Position numbers and translations under genes: made by a program. Under the pieces are notes generated by a model that ran no database searches, was not told where the DNA came from, and saw only the letters and a list, made by a program, of their open reading frames with translations. Below, one piece after another: positions 1 through 11,102 of a stretch of 58,044 bases of DNA; position 1 is the first letter of the stretch, and every line of letters starts with the position of its first letter. The DNA comes from Dimorphilus gyrociliatus (taxonomy: Eukaryota; Animalia; Annelida). The stretch covers positions 1 through 58,044 of the forward strand of contig CAJFCJ010000080.1 in assembly GCA_904063045.1 (NCBI GenBank), in the 5' to 3' direction.

Positions 1-541
1 TATAGAAATACTACTATTTTGTATGAATTATAATGGTGGAACTTTTGAAAGACTTTTATTTTGTAGAGTTAACTTTAGCACTTTAAAAAGAAATGTGTCA
101 AAGTTGTTTTTCTTAACTATTATCAGATGTTAATGGGACAGATGTGTTATGTGGCAACATGTGCTGACTATATAGCCTTTGTTTAGGGATTATGTTTTTG
201 TGACATATGCAATCTTTTGATAAATTGAACCCAAGCTTTGGGAAATGTATAAAAGAAAATACATTTCACCAATTTGGCAGTTCAGTTCTTAACTGTTAAC
301 TGATTGTTTAAACTTATTTGTTTAGAACTAGAACTCATTTACTCAATAGATATTCTTTAAATGAAATACTGGTATTTTGTTGAATTATTTCTACCGAAAT
401 TACATTTATTAAGACTATTTGTGGATGAACTTGAAAAGTTCTATTTGTTTGAGTACTTTGGTGCATTGATAAATGATTGGAAAGGACGAGTACTGCTCTG
501 AAGAAGCAGAAATTCCTACAATTATAATACAACAAAGTACA
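1..541 (+). mobile_element. 3' portion of a Gypsy LTR (family A), cut by the window start
   Basis: Colinear similarity to the LTR at 26154-26868; ends in the shared terminus CAACAAAGTACA. Confidence 0.85.
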
Positions 542-1112
542 AATCCTTTGACCAAGTAAATCTAAGCTTTGGTAAAAATCTTTTGTATAGTAAAAAATGG
601 TAGAATTTGACTAGAATTAGTTTTTCAATTGAGTAAATATTTTACTTTTCCTTCCATTGATTGTTAACAATGGAAAAGGCAAGTAATAAGTTATTGATGA
701 CAGATATAAGATATGTTGATTTTTTCTCCAATGTGTTGAGCATGTTTTGTATCATATTTCCAAAATAAAAATTTATGGCTCTTGAAATTGTATAATGATT
801 TTTCATAAATCATTCTGGTCAGGTAATAATGCAACAGTAGATATTATCCCTTTGTATTTATTAATGAATAAATACTGAACTTGCATGCAAAACTTTAAGT
901 CTATAGATAGGAATATATCAAGTATTAAAATCTTTATTTCCTTCTTGTGTTTTTGGTTAGGATTTTTGAGTTGTGTTAGTTGTAATGAATCGACACTGAT
1001 AAATCAAGTATAATTTTTTTATCTTTGTATGTGCCCAAACTCTTTTTCCATGCATTCCCAAAACTCTTGCCATCACCCTTAATTTCCCAATATCCTTCTA
1101 TTTTATAACTAT

Positions 1113-1370
1113 TGTACTGCTCTTGCTTGGCAAAATCTATGCGCTTGAAAGTTATAACAATACTGGTTCTACTCGAACCTTTAAACAAATGTTTAAATTA
1201 AAACGGTTTATTCGCAATAATAATACTTAAGCAAGTAACAATATGAGAGTTCAATAGCAGAGTTAGGTTAGGACTTGGGGTTAGGGTTAGGCCACACCCT
1301 AGGCAAGTTAATTAAATTATAACTTGACCAAACCTTTATTGGTAATTAAAGATGAGCCTTCAAGCTGACT
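1113..1370 (-). mobile_element. Internally deleted LTR (family B) with a telomere-like filler at the deletion junction
   Basis: Minus strand matches two non-adjacent parts of the LTRs at 27307-27848 and 41578-42199 and ends in GCAGTACA at 1113. The parts are joined by the tract at 1262-1291. Confidence 0.75.
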
Positions 1371-2469
1371 AATGAAACCTCTCTTTGGCCAATGTTATAG
1401 CATTTTCTTGCATAGATTTTTAAGATGTACATGTATAAGTTGCATAAAATAATAGAGTTCAAGCATGTTAAATATAACCAATGTTGTACACATGTACTAT
1501 GATATCTCAATTATATTCTGTAATTAATTGATGACTATTTTCTATAAAACTTTAAACAAACTACTTTAAAGGGGACAACCAATTTTGACTGTTTATTGAA
1601 AGTTGGTCTTGCAAAATTTACTGTGTCCAATTTTTCCTGCCATTTCCTTTATGGTTTCTCTCTATATTCTGATGTTTAACTTGTTAACTGAAGCAATTCA
1701 TTATTATTAAATATTAATAATTAAGAATGCTGTATGTTTTGAGAGTGTTTTCTGATCTTAAGTGAATGCTTTTTATCTCAACCCAAAAATACCATATATT
1801 CTACTTGCTGTGTTTAAATCAATACAAGAGAACAAAGAAAAGAAACACTCATTGATTAATATTCCATATGTATTCCTGTTGAAAGAATGTTTTTTATATT
1901 TCTGACATTTTAGAAATAAGGAACAAAAAATGAACTGAGGAAGCCCTATGAATTTTTCATAAATTGAATGAAGACATATTCAATCGAAAGATTGATTATT
2001 AATCTTTCTAAACAAAATTTTGAACTTTTATATTAATAATTCATAGAAATATTTCCTATATAACCACATAATGTTTTCTTATACATCTCAAATACGCTTT
2101 AGATTTTCCAAAAAAATAATGAATATTTTAATTTTTCAATTAATAACAATATTTCTTTTGACAATAAGAAATAATGATTGTGCAAGTAAAAATTATGATT
2201 TTTATATTTATTCATATTTCTCCTTATCTTTTATTAATATACAGTTTGCGATTTCTTTCATCAAGAAGATAAACAGTTAGCAACAAGCACATATGTTGTT
2301 ATTTATAATATAGATGATAGAGGAGTAGACTATTGTAAAAAGTTATGCTATTATCTTGAACTTTGCAAGTATGTTTATAGAAAGAGAGAGAGGGAGAGTA
2401 AAATCTACACATTTTTTCCACTTTAGGAGTTTCTATGTTGATAAACAGGATAACAACAAATGTTATCTT

Positions 2470-3023
2470 TCAACTGACCATGCAGGATTAGGAGGAAGTC
2501 AGTTACCTCAAGTCATTGGTTATGATTATTATGAAAAACCAGATGTTTGTGGTAATTAAAAAGTGTTAGATTTTTTTGTAAAATAAAAGTATAAATAATT
2601 TCTTTTTCAGATACTCCACAATTTGGAGACACAAGTAAATAACTAAATGCAATAAAAGCAAAGTACATAAATATATTAATAACATTTCTTTGTTTTTGTC
2701 TGTCTCCTTCCCCTTTAAAGTTACCTATAAAAGTTATCCTGATCAGCTTGGCGGATTTACTTATCATACAGTTTTTAATACAGGTGAAGCTGACTGCAAA
2801 AAACTTTGTAGCATGCTCAGTGATTGCAAGTTAGTTATAAAATATAATAAATGTCTTATAATTTTATCATTTCTTTTTTACAGTACAATTAGTATTGTAA
2901 CTTCAAATCAGATATGTCACATTTTCAAAGCAACCTTTGATGAACTTACAGATCGTCGTCAATCAGTAGGGGATACTACATTTTCAAAAATTGGTGTAAC
3001 AATTGAACCTTCATTGGATCCAG
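2470..3023 (+). CDS. Multi-exon fragment of a PAN/Apple-domain protein (gene ends not defined)
   Basis: C-x3-C-x5-C...C-x-I pattern (DCKKLCSMLSDC...ICHIFK). In-frame 54-nt GT-AG intron at 2830-2883, donor at 3024, further small exons upstream. Confidence 0.45.
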
Positions 3024-3152
3024 GTAAAGAATGTTTGTTTATTTTCAAACCCAAATCAATTAAATAGTTATCTTCATTTAATCATTTAACATATAACAAC
3101 ATGCCACAACATTAAAACTGCATGTATTCCACTTACAAAAAGTGTCAAAAAA

Positions 3153-3217
3153 TTTAGGGTTTGGAAAAGGTTTTTTTTGACTAAATCAAAAAAGAGAAAC
3201 AGAATTCTCAAACTTCA
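3153..3217 (-). repeat. 5'-truncated terminal fragment of the hammerhead-bearing repeat (pLTR family X)
   Basis: Reverse complement matches 7201-7260 and 11012-11073 (TGAAGT.TGAGAATT.TGTTTCTCTTTTTTGATTTAGTCAAAAAAA.CCTT) and ends in CCCTAA. Confidence 0.8.
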
Positions 3218-3670
3218 GGGTTAGGTCTTGGGGTTAGGGTTTTAACGCCCTAGAGTAGCACTCTCACTTTCTCCATGAGTGATACCCTTGGAAGGTTGCG
3301 TTCCACATTGAAGAATAACTATTCTGAATGACGGCAGGTTAATCTCTTAAGAACTGGGACCCTGAATTGTCAATTAGACGTGATACAAGGACCATTCCTC
3401 CGATTACGGGTTAGGGTTATTGTAATGTTGAACTAGATACTAAGATCTAAGTTCTGATGAAAGTTGAATAACTTCCACCAAAGTTTCAAGAGATTCCACA
3501 ATGGTATGGAATGCAAGAGTAAGAACACTCTGTACAAGTAAGACTATCTACAACTGATTGATGAAAAATGTTCAGTTTATGTTTTAATTTTTTGATGGTT
3601 ACTAAGAATAGTTGACCTACCATGGTTTTGTCTTCCCCTTTAGCAAAGACTCATCAGGGTCATTTCAGAA
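3218..3670 (-). mobile_element. PLE-type pseudo-LTR: hammerhead followed by a tail ending CCCTAACCCCAAGACCTAACCC
   Basis: Hammerhead motif at 3614-3661 and telomere-like tail at 3218-3240 on the same strand. Confidence 0.6.
3614..3661 (-). ncRNA. Type I hammerhead ribozyme, degenerate (GAAA to AAAA)
   Basis: GACC-CTGATGA-GTCTT(loop)AAGAC-AAAAC-CATG-GTA-GGTC. Stems I, II and III are intact; G12 is lost by a CpG-type change. Confidence 0.8.
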
Positions 3671-4525
3671 GATAGCTTCACTTACACTACTTTGAAGGGG
3701 AGGTGAGGACCAATTCTGCAATTGTATCCTGCCTTGCATTCTATTTTAGTTGGATGATTGTGTTTTAGAGGATACATGTTTGTAATTTTAATTTTGGAAC
3801 AGATTTTTTTCTTTGTACAATGTTTGAGTTATGTAGAGTGTATAAAGTAAATTCATATTTGTCTGATAAGTCTCATTTCAACAAGGAAGAAATGGCTTTG
3901 TTTAATGAATTAATTTTGAATGGATATGGTTTTTACTTGACAAAGAAACAAAAATTACTTCAAAGAAACACTATTGTACTTTTCTTTGAACATATAAATT
4001 ATAGAAATGTATAACTCACTCTGGTTTTCTTACACATTGTGTTCTGAAAATTTCTTCCTAATGCAGCCTGTAGAAGGTTTTTGGGTTATTTTTGTCTTTG
4101 TTTTGTTGTTTCTTGAGGCTGATTTCTTTTTATGATGGTATTTTTTTTCAACTGATGATATGTGGCTTGTTGTTACCCTTTTATAGGTGGTGGTTATGCA
4201 ATTGACATATATCAAGATATTGCATTTTTTCTTGAAGGTCATGTTTTACTGTGTAAGTCCTTCCTGGGATATGTCTGTTGACCATCTGTTGCTTCTATAT
4301 GGTAAAGTAAATACAAGGGATTTATGATGGACCTACAAATTTAATGAAGTACAATAAATGTATTTTTTTTGGTCTAAACAAACACAACATCAAAATGGAC
4401 TAATATAATGTATGTTTTCTAAAATTGCTTTTTTCTTCTTAGGCTTGATAAAATTATTCATTTGAAATATAAACATGCAAAGAATTAATAATTTTTATGG
4501 TTGAAAGTAACACTTCTGATTAATT

Positions 4526-5587
4526 TTACTGTTGATTTGAAGCTTGGAGAATTGGTCTGTTTAATTTCTTTTTTCTTCCAGTTCTACTTTGTTGTTGTTG
4601 AAAGACTTCTTTACACTTGACCATAATTTCATTGGTAATCAAGTGTTGAACAATATTTCTCAAAGAAGATATCTTTCCAGGCAGAACAGTACCATGAAAA
4701 GGATCTCCTCTTATGATGGTATTAATATCAATAATTTTTGTAAACATGTTGTTCAAGTTTTCAGATTGTGAGGCTGGTTGTTGATGCAGATCACTTTTTT
4801 TTATGTTATATTGCATAAATAATAAGCATTCATTAGTAACTCCAGTGCTTTTATACAAAGCTTTAAAATTATCATCAGCATCATTAATGGTGTTAAAGGG
4901 AATGTGAAGTGCTGTTATATGACTTTTTATTTTCCATTTGGATATAATTTCTTTACAATTTTGAAAGGTTAAGCCAGAAATGTTTATAATGAGAACAGTT
5001 CCAAAAAAGCTGATGTTTCTTTTAACATCTTCTACCTGAATTAAATCTAAGTCACCCAAACTTTCATCACTTAAAAGAAGTAAATTAATTTTGTTGGGAA
5101 ATCCTACAGCTGGTTGTTGTATTTTCATAAGATTGGTAATTTCTTCCTTTCCAAGATTCACTCCAATTTCTGTAAAAGATCTTACCATTTCATTAATATT
5201 TGAATTGTGTTTTCTATTAATTTTCATGTTATTGTTATATTTTAGAATATCATCAGTTTCATTAAGTTGTTGTAAAATCAATTCTACCAATTGTTCCTTG
5301 TTGATACTATTTGATATGCCTTCTTCATTAAGCCACAATTTTTCATTGCAAAATTTTTTAAACTTTAACATTTTTTCTACAACATCTTTCTCATATTGAC
5401 TTGGATCAAAAGTTGGTGGGTGAATTTTATTGTCTCTTTTAAACCTTTGAAGATGATTATAAAATGTTCCAAAATTGAAAAATTGTTCAAAAGAACATTG
5501 CAGGAAATGTTCCATTTCAATTGTTTCATTGATGATTATTTGGTCATTTTCTACTCTTTGAACTTGATTTGGTTGCATGTTTGCCAT
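4526..5587 (-). CDS. 353-aa protein with a C-terminal SGNH/GDSL-hydrolase-like domain
   Basis: Intact ORF. LLLSDESL, IINISGLTF, ALHIPFNTI and DPFH occur in SGNH block I/II/III/V order. A 3' splice acceptor (TTCTTGTATTTAG) lies just upstream of the ATG. Confidence 0.65.
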   Translation of the reverse strand: MANMQPNQVQRVENDQIIINETIEMEHFLQCSFEQFFNFGTFYNHLQRFKRDNKIHPPTFDPSQYEKDVVEKMLKFKKFCNEKLWLNEEGISNSINKEQLVELILQQLNETDDILKYNNNMKINRKHNSNINEMVRSFTEIGVNLGKEEITNLMKIQQPAVGFPNKINLLLLSDESLGDLDLIQVEDVKRNISFFGTVLIINISGLTFQNCKEIISKWKIKSHITALHIPFNTINDADDNFKALYKSTGVTNECLLFMQYNIKKSDLHQQPASQSENLNNMFTKIIDINTIIRGDPFHGTVLPGKISSLRNIVQHLITNEIMVKCKEVFQQQQSRTGRKKKLNRPILQASNQQ

Positions 5588-5754
5588 TTTGGAAGATCTA
5601 AATACAAGAAATTTTTATTGTAAAAGTTTTTGCAATTTTGTAACATAATACAAAAAATAATTTTAAATGAAGAAAGATAGACTACATGAACATAGGCTAC
5701 ACTGAACAGAATTAATCATTCTAAACTAAATCCTTCTAAAAATGTATTCAAAGC

Positions 5755-6603
5755 TTAAATTTTCTTCTTAATCCTACGTCCAGTTCTAATTATTTTCTCC
5801 ACAGCAGTTGTTGGTTGTAAATCATCTGTTTTATCATCCATCTTTCTTTTTGTGGTAAACTTTCTTGTTATTGTATCAAATTTAGGTCTTTTCTCTGGTA
5901 GAGAAGAAGGAGTAGTAGAGTTAGATGTATTATCAGACACATTTTTTCTTTTGTAAAAATGTTTGATTGTAGGTGGTACAGCTTTATTCATTGAATCTTG
6001 GTATTTTTGTGGTGTTTCCTTATCTGATGAACTCTTTTTATCAAATAAAGATGATATATTGTGTTTTTCCTGTTTAAAGTAAACATTGTTATTAATTAAT
6101 TTGAAATAACTACTGACATTGTTTGTAAAAGCAAATATCAGGGGAATATTTTTATATACCAAATAATTTTTTCCAAAATTTCTATAAGTTATTGCTATTT
6201 TTTTTAATAAGGGTCCAATATCATTTCTATATGGAATAACAAATGGTACTCTTGTAAAAACTTGACAACTGGTGTATCTGGCTAAACCAAAGGGATAATA
6301 AAGAATATGTTTCATATTCAAGTGATAAACATATCTATTAATTTCAACAGTTGATATATCTTTTTCAATTTGTTCATAGGGAAATATTGTTATGTTTAAT
6401 TGATTTTCTGCAAAATGTTGATGTTGTATAAAGTTTTCAACAAGCTCATCATTTTTTAATTCTAAATATTTTCTTAATAGAAGGTGTCTTAGTGTTTGGA
6501 ATATGTTGACTTTGGTATATTGTTCTTGTAAGTGGAAATACATATTTTTATTACTACATATTCTTATCTTTTTTTGACATGTTTGTAGAAATTTCTCACA
6601 CAT
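5755..6603 (-). CDS. 282-aa hypothetical protein with a basic, low-complexity C-terminus
   Basis: Long intact intronless ORF, co-oriented with the SGNH-like ORF. No family recognised. Confidence 0.55.
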   Translation of the reverse strand: MCEKFLQTCQKKIRICSNKNMYFHLQEQYTKVNIFQTLRHLLLRKYLELKNDELVENFIQHQHFAENQLNITIFPYEQIEKDISTVEINRYVYHLNMKHILYYPFGLARYTSCQVFTRVPFVIPYRNDIGPLLKKIAITYRNFGKNYLVYKNIPLIFAFTNNVSSYFKLINNNVYFKQEKHNISSLFDKKSSSDKETPQKYQDSMNKAVPPTIKHFYKRKNVSDNTSNSTTPSSLPEKRPKFDTITRKFTTKRKMDDKTDDLQPTTAVEKIIRTGRRIKKKI

Positions 6604-7272
6604 ACATTTAGTTTGCTTATCTGTGCTTTAAAAGTTTACAAATTTTATGTTCCCACATATCTGTTAGCATTATATGGTTTTATTTAAGCTTGATTAGCTT
6701 GTAGCATGTTCCCACAGGCTTTTCCATGTGCCTTATATATATAGCAAATATTTTTTCACAGTGATCATTTATAATTTGGAGATTAGGGAGTCAACATCAC
6801 ATTAAAAGTATCCAGTTAAATAAACATCTTCTACAATTGCTTTCAAAATATACATCCTTCAATAATAAAAATGGTATGTACATGATTCATAATACTGTAT
6901 TATTTTAAGTAGCACTTTTATTATGGTTTATATTGAATAAAAACTGAAGAAGAACCTTCCCTATTGGAAATCTTCAACCTCTCTATAGGTGTAGGTTATT
7001 AGACCCTGATGAGTCCTTGGTTTTGAACATAGAGAGGAGGACGAAACTGTGGTAGGTCGAGTAGGTAGGAAATTATCAAAATTTCAGAAAAAAAATTTTT
7101 TGAAAATTTTTTGAAAAAGTTTTTTATATTGGAAATTGTTTTAAATGTCGATTTTGGTGTGTTTTTTCTTTGACTGCTTCCCAAAAACAATTGGGACTCT
7201 TGAAGTGTGAGAATTTTGTTTCTCTTTTTTGATTTAGTCAAAAAAAACCTTTCTAACCCTAACCCTAACCCT
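6578..7272 (+). repeat. About 700-bp direct repeat (pLTR family X), copy 1, with hammerhead and CCCTAA tail
   Basis: Colinear with 10391-11101; contains the hammerhead at 7002-7058; ends in three CCCTAA-type units at 7253-7272. Confidence 0.85.
7002..7058 (+). ncRNA. Type I hammerhead ribozyme, intact core
   Basis: GACC-CTGATGA-GTCCT(loop)AGGAC-GAAAC-TGTG-GTA-GGTC. Loop II TAGAGAGG can pair with upstream CCTCTCTA (6978-6985). Confidence 0.92.
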
Positions 7273-7274
7273 GG

Positions 7275-7760
7275 GTTAAACTAACTCTGTTATTAATAAT
7301 CATAAAGCTTTCAAAGTTGGTACATACACTAATATTAATGCTCCGATCCTAAATCCTTTTACAGAATTCAATTATCTTGTATGGTTCAAAAGTTATGGCG
7401 CTGCTAAATTCTGTTGCTATTTCTTCTCCATAGGTCTATATAAAATATTCGTTAGGGTTGATAAAAGTTAGTTAATATGTACAATAGAGCTTTGAAATTC
7501 AGTTCATATAGTAATATTGGTACGCCGATTTCAAATCCGTTTACAGAATTCAATTATCTCTTTTGGTTCAAAAGTTATGGCAACTTTATTTTTTCGTCGA
7601 TACTTTGTATTTAGGCCTTAAAAAATATTTGTCATCTGAAAACTAACTTTCTTATTAGTTAGCTTAGAGCTTTGAAACTTGGTATATAGACTAATTTTGG
7701 TATGCCGATCTCAAATCTGCTTACAGAATCCAAATATCAGTACTGTTTTTGAGCTATTTG
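7275..7760 (+). repeat. Degenerate tandem array of about 190-bp units
   Basis: Recurrent TTTACAGAATTCAATTATCT...GGTTCAAAAGTTATGG and AGAGCTTTGAAA motifs at about 190-bp spacing. Confidence 0.7.
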
Positions 7761-8032
7761 CAATTAAAGTGTTTTACATTTTGCTGTTATAATTATTTTT
7801 ATTGTTATGATGTAGTTGTATTAAAAAGGTAATTGTTTAAAATGACTGTTTGTATTTGTATTTTTTTTGTGAATTTTATTTTCTATATTTGAGTTTCAGT
7901 GTGTTTTTTAATAATTACATGATTCTTTTTTAAATCCTACAGTGTAAAATGGACAATACACTGAACAGATGTGATTTTAAAATATATCTTAATCTTTTGA
8001 ATAAGTTTTAAAAAATTTTTCTTCCTTTACAG

Positions 8033-9424
8033 ATTTCTATAGGTGGGTCAACTCCACTGAGAGAGAAATGTATGAAAAACTTGTCATTCAATATTCAAGA
8101 GCCAACTTAATTCATCAACTGAAATATATTTTCAAGGTGCTAAAAAACAGTATGAGCAATGACTATTGTAAAACTTTTAGACCAGGATTGTACAAACAAT
8201 TTCTAAACATGCAATTAGTTGGAGATGAAAAAGTAACTGATGATAAGGAGATGGTTAATGATTTTGAAGAAATGGTACAAGATTTTGAACAAAAGTTTGA
8301 AAATTCCATTAAAAAGAGGTATAAAAAAAGAATAGACTTAAAAGATTATATCTTTCTTGAGCCTCTCTTAAAGTCATGTGAAAGTTGGTTAGAAGTAAAT
8401 AAAATATTGATGTTTTTAAAAGGCAAAATATTTGGCAATGAATCCTGTATAGAAGTTGAGGACTTGTTTAAAAATATACAAGAAATATATCATAAACAAC
8501 CAGAAGAACCACAGCAAGAATTAGAACAGCCAGAGGAAGTTCAAGAAGAAAAAAAAGAAGAAAGAGAACAAGTTGTTAAGCAAAATGAAAATGAATTAGA
8601 ACAACCAGAGGAACAACAGCAACAACAAGAAGCAGCAAGAATCAGAACAAGAGGAACAACCAGAAGAACAATTAAAACCAGAAGAGGAAGAAGAGCAAGA
8701 AGAAGTGTTATACTTTGAAACAAATCATCAGAATGAGCAAGAGGAAGAAATGGAGGTTGAGGAAAATGATATTGATGAAGCTGAATCAGAAAAAATTAAC
8801 ACTAGCAATGAATTATATATTAAACTCAAAGATCACAATGAAGAGTTATTCTTGCTGAGAAATTGCTGCTATCTTACTAAAATAAATTACAGAATGATAA
8901 ATGAAGAAAACCAAAAAGAACAGAAAAATTTTTTAAAATATCTCATTCCAACAATAAGGCAGAATTGTAAGATTATTTTTATTACAAATAATTTCTTTCA
9001 TTTAACTAAGACAGAATTTAATAATATTCTGAAAAATCTTGACATAGAAAATGTTCAATTTGTTGTAATTAGAAAAATATGCTTCAAAAGAATTGAAAAT
9101 GTTTTATGTGATTGGGGGATTAAAAACAAAGTAATAGTATTCCTTTGTAAAAAATACCCCAAAAGTGCTGGATTCATTCCTTGTCAATTTCTTAAGAAAA
9201 TTGAAAACAATTCAAATAAAGTTTTCTTACAAAAGAACTTTCTACCACCAAGAGTTGAAAGTACACTTAGGATTGCAAAATTCCAGTTTATAGACTTCAT
9301 ATTCAAAGATTATAAAAAAGAACAAACTTGTTTATTGAAATTAATGAAGCAATTTTTGAAACAATTATACAGACAACAACTTCATCTTTTTTTTTTATTT
9401 TATGTTTTTAATTCTAGATTATAG
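8033..9424 (+). pseudogene. One roughly 450-aa gene (helical N-terminus, E/Q-rich linker, SGNH-like domain) split by a frameshift near 8630-8640
   Basis: The E/Q-rich reading of ORF 8068-8718 continues in the frame of ORF 8705-9424 from about 8633. The C-terminal IRKICFKRIENVLCDWGIKNKV aligns with ISGLTFQNCKEIISKWKIKSHI of the 4526-5587 protein. Splice acceptor ends at 8032. Confidence 0.6.
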
Positions 9425-9639
9425 ATTATATCACTTTTTTTCTTTTTAATAAAAACAATTTTTTAAAACAAAAATTACTTTGCATTCAATTAAATTTACA
9501 ATTTTGATTCATTGGAATTTAATATAGGCTCATTCTATCAATAATTTTGCTTCAAATTTGATCAAAAATGGTGCAGTAGTTGCTGAGATATGGATTCCTA
9601 TGAATGTTATATATAAACTCTGTTTTGACAATTAAAATA

Positions 9640-10370
9640 TTCGTCATCCAAAAACTAAATTTGTTATTAATTACGATAGAGTTTTGAAATTTTGTACTTA
9701 TACTAATATTAGTATCCTAATCTCACATCTTTTTACATTAATATTTTTTAAATGAGAAATACTTAATAAATGTACCAAATGTCTTTCGAATTGTCCATAT
9801 TTTTTGTGACAATAATTTTATTTCAAATTTAATCAAAAATTGGTGCAGTAGTTGCTAAGATATGATTTTCTTTGAATGTTGTATTTAAACAGGGTTATTA
9901 GTGTATATAAAAAAATATTCGTCAGAAAAAAATTAAACTTGTTAATAGTTAAGATAGAGCTCTAAAATTTTGTACATAATTTAATATTATTATACCAATT
10001 CCAATTCTTTTTACAGAATTGAGTTATCTCTTATGGTTCCAGAGTTATGGCTCCATCAAATTATTTCTCATATATAAACCTATACAAAATATTTGTCATG
10101 GCTGCACTAACTCTGTTGTTAATTAAGATGTATATTTGTAATTCTGTACATAGATTAACATCACTACGCCTATCATAAATCTTTTTACAAAGTTCAATCA
10201 TCTCTTAAGGTTCCAGAGTTTTGGCACCATTAAAATTTACATGTTCTTTCTTTCATAAAAGCCTTTTTTAACATATTTGTCAGGGTAGCACTAACTCTGT
10301 TGTTAATTAAGATAGAGATTTTAGATTCAGTATATAGACTAATACCATAATGCTAATATCAAATTACTAC
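9640..10370 (+). repeat. Degenerate tandem array of about 190-bp units, same family as 7275-7760
   Basis: Repeated AAATATT.GTCA...CTAACTCTGTTGTTAATTAAGAT and GGTTCCAGAGTT.TGG motifs. Confidence 0.7.
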
Positions 10371-10390
10371 AAACTCTTATCTCTATTTAG

Positions 10391-11101
10391 CATGTTTGTA
10401 GAACTTTCTCACACACATAGGTTTAATTTGATTATTTGTGCTTTTAAACTTTACTAACTAACTTTATGTTCTCACATTGGCATTATATAATTTTATCTAT
10501 AGTTGATATGTTTGTGGCATGTTCCCACAGGCTTCTCCATATATTATATATACAATGTAGGCATTTTTTCACCGGATTCATTTGTAGTTTGAAGATTAAG
10601 GAGTCAACACCACATTAAAAGAAGATAGTTAAATGTACCACTTCTCCAATTCCTTTCAAAATATACATCTTTCAATGAAAGAATGGTATGTATATATTTC
10701 ATTAAACAGTATCATTGTAAATAGCACTTTTGATATGATATATATTGAAAAAACCTGAAGAAGAGAATTCCCTATTGGAAATCTTCAACCCCTCTGTAGG
10801 TGTAGGTTACTAGACCCTGATGAGTCCTTGGTAATGAATATAGAGAGGAGGACGAAACCGTGGTAGGTCGTGTAGGTAGGAAATAATAAAAAATTTCAGA
10901 AAAAAATTTTTTGAAAATTTTTTGAAAAAATCTTTTCTTTTGGAAATTGTTTTAAATGTCAATTTTGGTGTATTTTTTCTTTGACTGCTTCCCAAAAACA
11001 ATTGGGACTCTTGAAGTGTGAGAATTCTGTTTCTCTTTTTTGATTTAGTCAAAAAAAACCTTTTGCAAACCCTAACCTAACCTAACCCTAACCTAACCCT
11101 A
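10391..11101 (+). repeat. About 700-bp direct repeat (pLTR family X), copy 2, with hammerhead and CCCTAA tail
   Basis: Colinear with 6578-7272; hammerhead at 10813-10869; CCTAA/CCCTAA tract at 11068-11101. Confidence 0.85.
10813..10869 (+). ncRNA. Type I hammerhead ribozyme, intact core
   Basis: GACC-CTGATGA-GTCCT(loop)AGGAC-GAAAC-CGTG-GTA-GGTC. Confidence 0.92.
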
Positions 11102-11102
11102 G

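Noticed and set aside
976-1112. Possible terminal exon cut by LTR B
   Set aside because: About 45 codons with no recognisable motif; insufficient support.
3454-3480. CTGATGA followed by a hairpin (also 15277-15250 on the minus strand)
   Set aside because: No GAAA after the stem and no stem I/III, so not a hammerhead.
4180-4295. Possible exon(s) between the hammerhead and the SGNH-like ORF
   Set aside because: Splice-like boundaries are present, but there is no recognisable product and no way to link them to a gene.
6999-7241. 80-aa antisense ORF repeated at 10810-11052
   Set aside because: It lies antisense to the hammerhead repeat and is duplicated only because the repeat is; the reading frame is not kept in the third copy (48939-49214).
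8541-8723. Hydrophobic/Cys-rich antisense ORF and similar shadow ORFs (5091-5399, 21098-21625, 22239-23403, 39051-39866, 42810-43509)
   Set aside because: These are antisense shadows of purine-rich coding strands.
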